This document shows positions 28,545 to 37,913 of a stretch of DNA of 64,000 nt, in pieces. The DNA comes from an uncultured Chloroflexia bacterium (GTDB lineage Bacteria; Chloroflexota; Limnocylindria; QHBO01): NCBI GenBank assembly GCA_963771155.1, contig CAVYSK010000018.1, positions 7,302 through 71,301 on the forward strand. The letters are read 5' to 3'. Below the pieces are notes generated by a model, which was not told where the DNA came from, searched no databases, and was given only the letters and a program-made list of their open reading frames with translations. The position numbers were made by a program, and so were the translations under genes. Position 1 is the first letter of the stretch; the number at the start of each line of letters is the position of its first letter.

Positions 28545-29411
28545 ATGACGCCCGAGATTCGCGCGTACCTCGACGAACACGGCGGCACCTACACGTCCAA
28601 GGCTCTCCGGCAGGGCCTCATCGATGCCGGCCACGACCCCGCGGAAGTCGACGCCGCGATCGCCGAGTGGGAGGCCATGCACGCGTCCGGTGCGGGGATC
28701 GAGGCCGCCGACCGGCGCAGGTTCTCCCGCACTGCGCTGTTGCTACACGTCGGCGCGTTCGCCGCGGTCATCGGGGTCGCATTCCTGGTGTACGGGGCCC
28801 GGGTGGCCGGGTACCTGGGGATCGCGGCGATCATCCTGGCCGTGATCCTCGCCATCGGCTGGGGAATCTCGGCGGCCATCGGTCGCGCCCTTCTGTCGAG
28901 GACTGGCCTCACGATCGCGCTCGTGCTGCCGGTCATCTCGGCCCTCCTCATCGGTGGCACCTGCTATGCGCTCGTTGCCTCGCTCGCCGGGCCTCCCCAG
29001 CACGACGGAACCATGACGCTCGAGACCGAGGGGGACCTCGTCTTCACCGGGTCGGGTGCCGCAATCTGCCAGGGCGAGCCGGGATCGGGGTCCATGAACG
29101 TGTTCAGCGACGACCTCGGCACGGCCGATGGGCGGACGGTGCGGGCAAACGTCTCCACCTACGACAGCGGCGGAGCCCAGGAGTCGATCTACGTCGGCGT
29201 CAGCCTGGCTCCCCTCGATCCCAACGACCCGAACGACTTCGGCCAGAGCTGGAGCTCGGACGGCAACGAAGCGACGGAGGTGCTTGATCTCTCGGACACC
29301 CGGCTATCGGGGACGGTGACCTTCTCGAACCTTGGATCCGCCGAGGCGGAGCAGGGTCCGGAACCTGACCGTCCCGCCCTGGACGGAACCATCTCATGGG
29401 ACTGCGAGTAA
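28545..29411 (+). CDS. Membrane protein of unknown function (about 4 TM segments plus a C-terminal extracytoplasmic domain)
   Basis: Starts 4 nt after the lgt stop. Hydrophobic block 28.7-29.0 kb. No recognisable motif. Confidence 0.5.
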   Translation: MTPEIRAYLDEHGGTYTSKALRQGLIDAGHDPAEVDAAIAEWEAMHASGAGIEAADRRRFSRTALLLHVGAFAAVIGVAFLVYGARVAGYLGIAAIILAVILAIGWGISAAIGRALLSRTGLTIALVLPVISALLIGGTCYALVASLAGPPQHDGTMTLETEGDLVFTGSGAAICQGEPGSGSMNVFSDDLGTADGRTVRANVSTYDSGGAQESIYVGVSLAPLDPNDPNDFGQSWSSDGNEATEVLDLSDTRLSGTVTFSNLGSAEAEQGPEPDRPALDGTISWDCE

Positions 29412-29415
29412 TCCG

Positions 29416-31011
29416 ATGCAAACCTCACCCACTCGACAGCAGCCCGCCGGATCGGCGCTCCCGCTGCGCTCGTACACCCCGCTGCGGATGGTCCTCACCG
29501 TGTGCGGGCACTGCTTCACCGAGGACCCCGACCGCGACATCGACTACGGGATCGACATCCTGCAGGGCAACCTGGTGCTCGAGGACGGATCGGTCTACCT
29601 GCGGCGCCATTGCCGGCGCGGTCACGGCGAGGTCGTCAGCCTCTACGACGAGGACCACGACCTGTGGGAGTACCTCCAGCAGTGGCGAGTGCCGACGCGC
29701 GAGATCGTCGAGGACACGCCGGACAACGTCATGCCGATCCCGATGGGATACGCCAACGGCCTCGGCCGGCTCCAGACGCAGCACTCCTGCATCCTCCTCA
29801 TGGACGTCACCGAGCACTGCAACCTTAACTGCCCCACGTGCTTCGCTGCCTCGGGGACGAACGTGGGCCGATACGCCCGCCTGCCGCACATCCTCCGCAC
29901 TCTCGACGCGTCGATCGAGCGCGAGGGCGGGAAGATCGACGTCCTCATGCTCTCGGGCGGCGAGCCGACGGTGCACCCCGAGATCGTGGAGATCATCCGC
30001 GCCGCCGTCGAGCGCCGGGTCACAAGGGTCCTCTTGAACACGAACGGCATCCGGATCGTGAAGGACGACCGATTCCTCGCCGCCCTGGCCGACCTTCGCG
30101 ATCGGGTCGAGGTCTATCTGCAGTTCGATGGCTTCGAGCTGGAGACGCACCTGTGGCATCGCGGCGAGGACCTCCGGGACATGAAGGCGGAGGCGATCCG
30201 GCGGCTGACCGATGCCCGGATCTTCACGACACTGACAATGGTGGTCGCTGATGGCGTGAACGACCACGAGATCGGCGCGGTGGCGGACTTCGCGTTCGAC
30301 ACGAACTACATCGCCGGCGTGGCCTATCAGCCGGTCTTCGGCTCCGGTCGGTCCCAGCCGATCGATCCGATGCGCCGAATGACGACGACGGGCGTCCTCA
30401 AGCGGCTGGCGCCACAGACGAGCGGGCGGGCCTCGGCCGAGGACTTCATCGCGCTTCCGTGCTCGCATCCCGATTGCTGCGCGATCACATATTTCGTCCG
30501 CGATGACGCCGGGGCGTATCGGTCCATCCCGAAGCTTGTCGGCATCGAGCGGCTCAAGGCGAACCTGTCGGTCGTCGGCAACCGGATCGCGGCGGATGAC
30601 GAGCTGTGGGACGCGCTGATCGGGATGATGAGCGAGACGACGACGATCTCGCGGCCCGAGCTGATCGACTATCTCCTCAACATCTGCGAGGCCTGCGACC
30701 TCTCAATCGGCGGCTTCATCAAGGACGTCGGCCGGTACCTGGTGAAGGGCGAGCGGGCCGCGGAGCTCGTCGCGTTGCGGACGAAGCGCCTGAGCGTGAA
30801 GTCGTTCATGGACGCCTGGACGATGAACATCGAGCGGCTCCAGCAGTGCTGCGTCCACGTCGGTTCGGTCGATGGCGAGTCCGACCCGGTGCGCATCCCG
30901 TTCTGTGCACGGCAGCTGTTCGGTGGCCTGCGGCGCCGGACCTCGGCCGGCCAGGTGCCGGCTCGGGAGCTCGTCCAGCTCGACGGCGTCGTTCGGGGGG
31001 CGGTCTCGTGA
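29416..31011 (+). CDS. Radical SAM enzyme with an N-terminal Cys/His (rubredoxin-like) module and extra Cys clusters. Possibly the tetraether-synthase (Tes / GDGT-MAS, class-D-like) family.
   Basis: CX3CX2C in VTEHCNLNCPTCFA. N-terminal VCGHCF...HCRRGH. Downstream clusters LPCSHPDCCAITYF, NICEACD and QQCCVH. ATG lies 5 nt after the previous stop. The family assignment is from memory of the architecture, not a search. Confidence 0.7.
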   Translation: MQTSPTRQQPAGSALPLRSYTPLRMVLTVCGHCFTEDPDRDIDYGIDILQGNLVLEDGSVYLRRHCRRGHGEVVSLYDEDHDLWEYLQQWRVPTREIVEDTPDNVMPIPMGYANGLGRLQTQHSCILLMDVTEHCNLNCPTCFAASGTNVGRYARLPHILRTLDASIEREGGKIDVLMLSGGEPTVHPEIVEIIRAAVERRVTRVLLNTNGIRIVKDDRFLAALADLRDRVEVYLQFDGFELETHLWHRGEDLRDMKAEAIRRLTDARIFTTLTMVVADGVNDHEIGAVADFAFDTNYIAGVAYQPVFGSGRSQPIDPMRRMTTTGVLKRLAPQTSGRASAEDFIALPCSHPDCCAITYFVRDDAGAYRSIPKLVGIERLKANLSVVGNRIAADDELWDALIGMMSETTTISRPELIDYLLNICEACDLSIGGFIKDVGRYLVKGERAAELVALRTKRLSVKSFMDAWTMNIERLQQCCVHVGSVDGESDPVRIPFCARQLFGGLRRRTSAGQVPARELVQLDGVVRGAVS

Positions 31012-31355
31012 GCACAAGTGCAGCCTCGCTCCGCGACGCCGCCGACAACGCCGGCACCGACCCCATCGCGCAATGGCTCGCTCAGCGCCCGCCGCTGACG
31101 CGCGCTCAGAAATACGAGCGACTCGCGTTCACCGCCTGCAAGATGGGCACGGTCGGTCTCATCGCTTGGATCCTCACGCCGCCGATCTTCGTGCTCGTGG
31201 TCGCACTTGCGGCGATCTACCTCTACGGGCGCGCGCTGGCCCTGGGGATCAAACGCTCGCAGTGCATCCTCCGTCGCCCGATGCGCGTCATGGGCTTCTG
31301 GGCCGTGGTCGCCGCCGCCGACCTGACCTGGCTGATCGTCCTGCGGCCCGCCTAA
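31008..31355 (+). CDS. Small membrane protein (~115 aa), translationally coupled to the radical SAM gene
   Basis: GTG at 31008 overlaps the radical SAM stop (GTGA). Two hydrophobic helices (VGLIAWILTPPIFVLVVALAAIYLY, VMGFWAVVAAADLTWLIVL). Confidence 0.45.
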   Translation: MSTSAASLRDAADNAGTDPIAQWLAQRPPLTRAQKYERLAFTACKMGTVGLIAWILTPPIFVLVVALAAIYLYGRALALGIKRSQCILRRPMRVMGFWAVVAAADLTWLIVLRPA

Positions 31356-31487
31356 CCGCAGCCCTGCGGACCGAACGTACCGAGCGTCGGGGTACGAGGG
31401 TCGGGGGCCGCGGGTCATTGTCGCCTTGGCTGCCATTGGCCTGCAGCCCGCAGGAGCGGGCGTTACTTCGGAGGCGCCTCGAACGCG

Positions 31488-31757
31488 CTACTTGCGCCGC
31501 GGGGCACGAAGGGTCGCGAAGAGCCGATCGCGGATCAGGGGATCGACGCTGGCGACGTCAGCCGGCGTGAGCCGACCGGATAGCTTCTTCACCGTCCGGA
31601 ACTGATCGACGGCCGCGCTGCAGCCCGGGCATCCGGCCAGATGGCTGTCGATCCGGCGTCGGTACTCATCGTCGACCGCGCCGTCGAGGTAGGCGGTCAG
31701 GGCCTCGGCAACCTCGATGCAGCGCAGCTCCTCATCGGTCTGCGAGCGATCGTTCAC
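31488..31757 (-). CDS. Zinc-binding anti-sigma factor (ZAS, RsrA-like)
   Basis: 89 aa with an H-x3-C-x2-C motif (SHLAGCPGC) and an upstream Cys (LRCIEV). GTGA overlap with the upstream sigma4 ORF. Confidence 0.65.
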   Translation of the reverse strand: MNDRSQTDEELRCIEVAEALTAYLDGAVDDEYRRRIDSHLAGCPGCSAAVDQFRTVKKLSGRLTPADVASVDPLIRDRLFATLRAPRRK

Positions 31758-32047
31758 GGCGTCGCCTCCGTTCGTTCGAAGTATCGCTCCAGGCGCGCAC
31801 GAACCAGCCCGCGGGCCTGATGCAGCAGATCGGTCTCCTGCTCGGCGCTCAGGTCCAGCCCTTCACGAACCTCACTCGGCGAACGGCCCTGGACGTCGCG
31901 TAGCACGATGACCTGGCGCAGCCTCGGCGGCATCTCGGCGATCGCGGCCCGCACCTCGTCGAGCGCTTCGGGAGTGTCGACGGGTAGTGTCGGACCCGGC
32001 CCATGCCGCCGGGGGGTTCGCCCAGTGGCCGGGCCACGTCGGGTCAT
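31754..32047 (-). CDS. Sigma-70 region-4-only protein (truncated ECF sigma factor or orphan HTH)
   Basis: PPRLRQVIVLRDVQGRSPSEVREGLDLSAEQETDLLHQARGLVRARL is a sigma4 HTH. No sigma2 region is present in any frame upstream. Its 5' part overlaps the tail of the MFS ORF. Confidence 0.5.
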   Translation of the reverse strand: MTRRGPATGRTPRRHGPGPTLPVDTPEALDEVRAAIAEMPPRLRQVIVLRDVQGRSPSEVREGLDLSAEQETDLLHQARGLVRARLERYFERTEATP

Positions 32048-33320
32048 CGGGTGGGAAGAATCGGTCTGGCGCGAACACCGGCCCGCTGGGGAGGGGCACA
32101 GCCTCGGCGGCTGCTTCGGCGGCGCTGGCCTCCTCGAGGGCCGGGCGGGCGCGCGGGAGCACGACGAGCATGAGAATTGCCGCCGCCACTCCCACGCCCA
32201 CGAAGATCAATGCGCCACGGTTCAACCCGGCCGCTTCGCTGACCGCCCCGAAACCGAGCGCGAACGGCACGAAGGCAAGCCACGTGAGCGTGCCCACGCC
32301 CGAGGCGACGCCGGCGCGGATGGTCGACGGCACCGCGTCATGGAGCCGCCGCGTCACCGGGATGCTGACCGCCACGACGAGCAGCGTCAGCGCGACCTGG
32401 ACCCCGATCACGATGACCGCATGGTCGCTCAGCACGAGGACAACGGTGCAGGCCACGACCGCCACGGCGAGGATCCGCACCGTCCAGTCGCGGGTGAACC
32501 ACGTGCGTGACCCGAGCATCCCACCGATCCCGAGCGCGGAGGTCAGGCCGGCCCAATGCGGGCCGTAGAGGAACGGTGGCACCAGCAGCGCGACCAGCCA
32601 CAGCGGACCGAACTCGAGCATGCCCTGCATGAGCAACGCTCCGACGACGGTCAGGGCGACGATCGCGCGCAGCTGACCGCCCGACAGGATGGTCCGGTAC
32701 GTCGCTCGGATCTGCTCGCGCAACGGCTCCCGCTCCTCGGTCTTGTGGAGCTGTGGCTCTCGAAACCTGAGGAACAGCAGCGCGGAGAAGACGAGCAGGG
32801 GAGCAGTCAGGAAGTACGTTGCGCGCAGCGGAGCGAACTGCGCGATCAGGCCACCGAGCAGCGCGCTGGTCACGAGCGCGATGCTCTCGATGAGCCGCAC
32901 CTGCCCGATCGTCCGCTCGAACGCCTCGCTGTCGCCGGTCTCCTCGAGCACCGTGTCGTACACGACGGATTCGAGCGTTCCCGACTGGAGCGCGAAGTAA
33001 ACGCCCAGGAAGGCGGCAGCGAGCACGTACACGGGGACGCTCTGGCTGAAGCCGCCGATGAGGACACTGATGATGACCGCGACCGTGCCGAGGACGAGGA
33101 CGCCGCGGCGGCTCCATCGGTCCGCCAGCACGCCTGACGGCAGCTCAAGGATGGGCACCACCACCGCGTAGACGGCCGCCATGAGGCCAACCGTCGCGGA
33201 CGTGAAGCCGATCTCGGTCATGAAGAGCTTCTCGATCGGCACCCAGAGCGCGAGGCCGCCGAGGAAGGACGCGAGATAGATCGGAGCTAGGCGCCTACCG
33301 AGCGCATCCCGAAACACCAT
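31872..33320 (-). CDS. MFS transporter. The 3' end is uncertain: the last ~60 codons overlap the sigma4 ORF and look non-coding.
   Basis: About 12 hydrophobic segments. GVLADRWSRRGVLVLG resembles MFS motif A. The likely true end is near ~32040. Confidence 0.7.
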   Translation of the reverse strand: MVFRDALGRRLAPIYLASFLGGLALWVPIEKLFMTEIGFTSATVGLMAAVYAVVVPILELPSGVLADRWSRRGVLVLGTVAVIISVLIGGFSQSVPVYVLAAAFLGVYFALQSGTLESVVYDTVLEETGDSEAFERTIGQVRLIESIALVTSALLGGLIAQFAPLRATYFLTAPLLVFSALLFLRFREPQLHKTEEREPLREQIRATYRTILSGGQLRAIVALTVVGALLMQGMLEFGPLWLVALLVPPFLYGPHWAGLTSALGIGGMLGSRTWFTRDWTVRILAVAVVACTVVLVLSDHAVIVIGVQVALTLLVVAVSIPVTRRLHDAVPSTIRAGVASGVGTLTWLAFVPFALGFGAVSEAAGLNRGALIFVGVGVAAAILMLVVLPRARPALEEASAAEAAAEAVPLPSGPVFAPDRFFPPDDPTWPGHWANPPAAWAGSDTTRRHSRSARRGAGRDRRDAAEAAPGHRATRRPGPFAE

Positions 33321-33327
33321 GACGAAG

Positions 33328-33355
33328 TGAAGACTGTGTCACCTCGCAGTCTTCA
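33328..33355 (-). terminator. Hairpin with 9-bp stem (TGAAGACTG/CAGTCTTCA) and 10-nt loop, downstream of the 33393 gene and 8 nt upstream of the MFS start
   Basis: Read directly. Only a weak T tract follows on the minus strand, so it could be a terminator or a 5'-UTR structure. Confidence 0.25.
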
Positions 33356-33392
33356 TCGCTGGAAGCCGCATCGCGAGACCTCTCCCACGGCC

Positions 33393-33914
33393 TCAGACGT
33401 CCGGTGTCAGCTCCGCACAGAGATCGCGAACCACGAGTCGGTTCTTCGTGACTGCGAGGGCCTCGAAGTTCTCGTCGTAGAGCACCTCCAGGCGACCTTT
33501 GATGATGTAGACGCCTGGATCGAGTCCCATCAGCGCGGCCTCCGTGCCGGTCACGGCGGTGAACGCCTGGCCTGCCAGGCTGAATGCGATGTTGCCGTCC
33601 GCCTGGAACAGGAATTCCCCGTGACCGAAGAACTTGACATCGACGCTCATCGACGGATCGTCGAGGTTCGTCACCGTTGACATGAACCCGCCGGATGGCG
33701 CGAGGAGCTGGCTCCCGTCATCGTCTGGCGGGAAAGTGAAGAACATGCCGGCCGCGAAGCTGTCGCGAAGTTCGACGGGGAACGCGCAGTAGCCCTCATA
33801 GAGCTCGAGCAGCGGCTCCTGCTCCACGATCTCTGGTCTGCCGCCGGCGACGACGGGCGAGATAAAGCCGATGGTCAGCAGGGCAGCGAGCGCGATGGGC
33901 ACGAGTCGACGCAT
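33393..33914 (-). CDS. Secreted hypothetical protein
   Basis: Signal peptide MRRLVPIALAALLTIGFISPVVAG. 173 aa, no motif recognised. Confidence 0.5.
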   Translation of the reverse strand: MRRLVPIALAALLTIGFISPVVAGGRPEIVEQEPLLELYEGYCAFPVELRDSFAAGMFFTFPPDDDGSQLLAPSGGFMSTVTNLDDPSMSVDVKFFGHGEFLFQADGNIAFSLAGQAFTAVTGTEAALMGLDPGVYIIKGRLEVLYDENFEALAVTKNRLVVRDLCAELTPDV

Positions 33915-34210
33915 TTGGGGGGCCCTCCGGTGTGTGAGACGGGCCGGGTTCGCCAGTGGCTCGGCCGGGGGTTCGTGGCGGCCATCGGCGTCCCCCGGGG
34001 TCGACGCCTCCCATCGATTGCACGGACCCTAACACTGCGTGTCGAGGCTGCCTACCCGTTCGGGCACGCGTGAAGCGCGGCGCACCGCGCTCCTCGGCTA
34101 CTCCGGCGGCCAGATGTCGTAGGCGGTGAAGTCGACCCAGACGAGATTGCCGTCCTTCATGGCTGCACATCGGCTGCCAAGCCGACGGGTCAGGTAGTCT
34201 GCCAACCGAG

Positions 34211-35052
34211 ATGAGGACGGATCTGGACGGGAGCGGACGAACCGCGCTCGTCACCGGATCGACCGCGGGCATCGGCCGCGCCCTGGCCGAAACGCTGGCG
34301 GCCGCCGGGGCGAGCGTGGCGATCGTGGGCCGGGATGCGGCGCGTGTGGCTGAGGCGACCCGGGCCGTCGCGCAGCGAGCGACCAGCCCGGCCATCGGCG
34401 GCTTCCTCGCTGACCTGTCGGTGCAGGCCGACGTTCGTCGCCTCGCCGCGGAGGTGGCGGCGAGCCTGCCGCAGCTTGACATTCTCGTGCACTGCGCCGC
34501 GGTCTACGTTCAGCGACGGACGGTGACGCCCGACGGGCTCGAGACGATGTTCGCGACGAACCACCTCGCTCCGTTCCTGCTCAGCAACCTCCTGCGCGAT
34601 CGGCTGGCGGCCAACGCACCCGCGCGGGTGCTGGTGGTCACTGCGCCATCGACGACGACGCTCGACTTCGAGGACCTCCAGGGCGAACGGCGCTTCCGCT
34701 CGCTGACCGCGTTCGGAGCCTCGAAGGCAGCGGAGCTGCTCCTCACCTTCGAGCTGGCGCGCCGATGGGAGGGCAGCGGCGTGACCGTCAACGCGGTGCA
34801 TCCGGGGTTGGCGCGCACGAACCTGATGCGCGAGGCATCGCGCCGGTTCGGTGGGTGACCAGGCTGGCATCGGCACCGCCCGAACGGGTGGCCGCCGCGG
34901 TCGCTCCGCTCGTGCTCGCCCCCGAGTACGCCAGAACCGGCCGATTCTTCTCGAAGGGGCGCGAGATCGATGCACCGCCCTACACGAGGGACCCCGAGGT
35001 CGCCCGGCGGCTCTGGGATGTCAGCGCCACCCTCACGCAGCTCACGGACTAG
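34211..35052 (+). CDS. Short-chain dehydrogenase/reductase. One frame break near ~34840.
   Basis: ALVTGSTAGIGRA (TGxxxGxG) and FGASKAA (YxxxK-like). The C-terminal 65 aa continue in the 34765..35052 frame. Confidence 0.7.
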
Positions 35053-35216
35053 GGGCTAGGTCGAGCCCGGGTCGTCCAGCCATCGGACAACGACGCAGCG
35101 GTCAGCCGGGCCGCTTGCAACCTCGGCGTACGATCGGCCTGACGCCAGTAGGCGCCCACGACGTGCTGCCGCGCCGCGCATGTCAGCTCCGCAAGGAGCG
35201 ATGGGAGGACCAGCCG

Positions 35217-35768
35217 ATGCCGAGATCGGCCCCACCACGTTCAGCGCGCCGCCGCGCGCCATCACTGCTGATCGCCCTGATCGGGCTCCTGGCCATCGTG
35301 GCCCCTGCGTCGGCTGCGCCACCGCACCTGGAGACCTGGCATCGGCTGAACCCGGCGACGGAGGACGTCGCGGCGGAGCACGAGCGGCTCCAGTGCTTGC
35401 CGGGGGTCCAGTGGGTCTGTCGCTATGACAAGGTCCCCGAGCCGGACCTCGAGCTCAACTGGGACCGCACGATCGGGACGTTCCACGGGCGGGACTTCGC
35501 GTTCACTGATGCCGATTGCCCTGATTGGTTCCCGACCGAGATCTGCGAGGGCACCGAGCAGGTCATCGTCGGACCGATCACGTACGCCACCGACGAAGGG
35601 CCGGCATTCCGCACCGGACACGCGCTGCTCTTCACCGATGGCGTGGGGATCGCGCCGCTCTACGTGTACTGGTTCGACGCGGGGTTCGTGTGCCCCTGGT
35701 ACGAGTCGTTCGAGGATGCGCTCGCGGCAAACCCGACAGGGGAGCCCGACTGCATCTTCGCGCCCTAG
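35217..35768 (+). CDS. Secreted Cys-rich hypothetical protein
   Basis: RBS GGGAGGA, then the ATG. Signal peptide ...SLLIALIGLLAIVAPASA. Confidence 0.5.
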   Translation: MPRSAPPRSARRRAPSLLIALIGLLAIVAPASAAPPHLETWHRLNPATEDVAAEHERLQCLPGVQWVCRYDKVPEPDLELNWDRTIGTFHGRDFAFTDADCPDWFPTEICEGTEQVIVGPITYATDEGPAFRTGHALLFTDGVGIAPLYVYWFDAGFVCPWYESFEDALAANPTGEPDCIFAP

Positions 35769-35855
35769 CTGAGGCATAGAGCTTCCGGGATGCCGGGGTC
35801 AAACCCCGGCATCCTGCGGTGGTCAGCGCTTGCGCTGCGGGGTCACCATGGCGGC

Positions 35856-36701
35856 ATGGGCGCGATCAAGCGGCGCAGCTTCGACGATCCGGAAGGACGC
35901 AGGGAGCTGCCGCTCCTCACCGTCTCCCTGGCGCGGATCGGGTCACACTCAATCGGTCGCGGCGTGGTGCAGCCCGGCTGGCACTGGAAGGAGCACCTGG
36001 CGCCGGCCATGGGGACCGAGTCGTGCCCGGTGCACCACGTCCAGGTGCTGCTGTCCGGGCGCTTCGCGGTGCGCATGGACGACGGCGAGGAGGTGACCTT
36101 CCAGCCCGGCGATGTCATGGACGTCCCTCCCGGCCACGACGCCTGGGTGGTCGGCGACGAGCCGGTGGAGCTAATCGACTTCGCCGGCAACATCGACATG
36201 CTCGGCCTGCCGCGCGAGCACGAGCGGATGGTGACGACGCTGCTCATGACCGACATCGTCGACTCGACCCGGACCGCGAAGCGCCTCGGTGATGCCGCCT
36301 GGAAGCAGGTCCTTTCCGATCACAACGGGCTCGTTCGCGCGCAACTGCTCCGTTTCGGGGGTTCCGAGGTCAACACCACCGGCGACGGCTTCCTCACCAC
36401 GTTCCGGAGCGCGGTCGCTGCGCTCCGATGTGCCACCGCTATCCAGGACGCGCTTCGGGAGACGGGGATCGAGGTGCGGATCGGCGTCCACACCGGTGAG
36501 GTCGAGCCCATCGGAAACGACATCGGCGGCGTGGCGGTCCATGCGGTCGCCCGGATCATGGCGCTCGCCGGCGCGTCCGAGATCTTTGTCTCGTCGATCA
36601 CCGTTGGCCTGGCCGAAGGGAGCGGCCTCGCCTTCGAGAGCCAAGGGGCCCGGGAGGTCAAGGGGCTCGAGCGGCCGATCGACGTGTATCGGCTCGTCTA
36701 G
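35856..36701 (+). CDS. Cupin-domain / class III adenylate-guanylate cyclase fusion (paralog 1, intact)
   Basis: Cupin-like GWHWKEH...HHVQVLLSGRFAVRMDDGEEVTFQPGDVMDVPPGHDAWV. Cyclase TLLMTDIVDSTRTA...NTTGDGFLTTF...IRIGVHTGEVE. Confidence 0.75.
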   Translation: MGAIKRRSFDDPEGRRELPLLTVSLARIGSHSIGRGVVQPGWHWKEHLAPAMGTESCPVHHVQVLLSGRFAVRMDDGEEVTFQPGDVMDVPPGHDAWVVGDEPVELIDFAGNIDMLGLPREHERMVTTLLMTDIVDSTRTAKRLGDAAWKQVLSDHNGLVRAQLLRFGGSEVNTTGDGFLTTFRSAVAALRCATAIQDALRETGIEVRIGVHTGEVEPIGNDIGGVAVHAVARIMALAGASEIFVSSITVGLAEGSGLAFESQGAREVKGLERPIDVYRLV

Positions 36702-37800
36702 ATCCTCCCGCGAGGGATGCGCCGTCGGACGCGGCTCGTTGGGCGACGGCGTCGGCAACGAATCCGGCGTCGCGATCGGCCCCGAGGACGAGCATCGACG
36801 TGAAGCCGAACAGGAACGGGAGGCCCAGGAAGTAGAGGCCCGGCGCGCCAACCGCTACGCCGCGCTCATGGAGCGGCCATCCGCGCTCGTCGAGCGTGGC
36901 CGGCTCCACCCAGCCGAAATCCGGGCGGAAGCCGGTGCACCACAGCACGGTGCCCACCTCGTGGACTGAGTCGTCGGAGAGGAGCGGCTTTCCGTCGCGG
37001 GCCCCCACGAAGCGGGTAGGCCGCAGCTCGACGCCAGCCTTCAGCAGCTCTTGCCGCCGGTAGCGCAGGAGCGGGCCGCCTCCGAGCCGAACCATGGGGG
37101 CCATCTTGCGGCCGATCGGGGTCCGCAGCGTGAGCACGTGGGTGCCCACGAACCGCAGGACCGGCGACGCCAGGCGAGCCCGGCGGCTGTCGACTGAGAA
37201 CGGCAGTTGCCCCTTGGCGGTCCCAGCCACGATCGTCCGGTGTCCGGCGACGGCTGCCTCGTGGGCGAGATCGGCGCCGGAGTGGCCCAACCCGACGACG
37301 AGCACCGCGCCATCGGCCAGCTGTTCCGGTCGTCGATAGTCGGCGGAGTGGATCTGACGGATGGCCGGGTCGAGCTCCCGCGCCACCTCCGGCACGTACG
37401 GATGTTGGAAGGGGCCTGTGGCGACGATCACCTGCCGCGCGGCGATCGGGCCTTCGCTGGTCTCGACCGCGTACCGGTCGCGGTCGGCGCGGACGCGGGT
37501 CGCAGTCACGCCGGACCGGATCGGTAGTGTGGCGTGCTCGGCGTACGACTCCAGATAGTCACCCATCTGGCGCGCGGTCGGAAAGGCGTGCCCCGGTCCG
37601 GGGAACCGCATCCCCGGCAGCACGTCGTACTTTGCCGGGCTGTATAGCCGCAGCGAGTCCCAGCGCGAGCGCCAGACGTTGCCGATGCGGTCTTCGGCCT
37701 CGAGCAGGATGAAATCGACACCCCGTCGAGCCAGGTGGTGGCCGGCCGCGAGGCCGGACTGTCCGCCGCCGATGATGACGGTCTCGTGGGCGCGATCCAT
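36658..37800 (-). CDS. FAD/NAD(P)-binding flavin monooxygenase-like oxidoreductase
   Basis: VIIGGGQSGL and VVGLGHSGADLA dinucleotide-binding motifs, plus WCTGFRPDF. The 3' end overlaps the convergent cyclase gene by ~44 nt. Confidence 0.7.
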   Translation of the reverse strand: MDRAHETVIIGGGQSGLAAGHHLARRGVDFILLEAEDRIGNVWRSRWDSLRLYSPAKYDVLPGMRFPGPGHAFPTARQMGDYLESYAEHATLPIRSGVTATRVRADRDRYAVETSEGPIAARQVIVATGPFQHPYVPEVARELDPAIRQIHSADYRRPEQLADGAVLVVGLGHSGADLAHEAAVAGHRTIVAGTAKGQLPFSVDSRRARLASPVLRFVGTHVLTLRTPIGRKMAPMVRLGGGPLLRYRRQELLKAGVELRPTRFVGARDGKPLLSDDSVHEVGTVLWCTGFRPDFGWVEPATLDERGWPLHERGVAVGAPGLYFLGLPFLFGFTSMLVLGADRDAGFVADAVAQRAASDGASLAGGSRRADTRRSAARAP

Positions 37801-37913
37801 GGCGAGCTCCCCGTTGTACATGCGTGCTGCGCCCAACGCTCCGTCCGGGGTGTGCGCGCGTGAAGTTCGAATCGCGAACTGTTCGCAGTTGTGCTCAGGA
37901 GGACAATTCGGAC

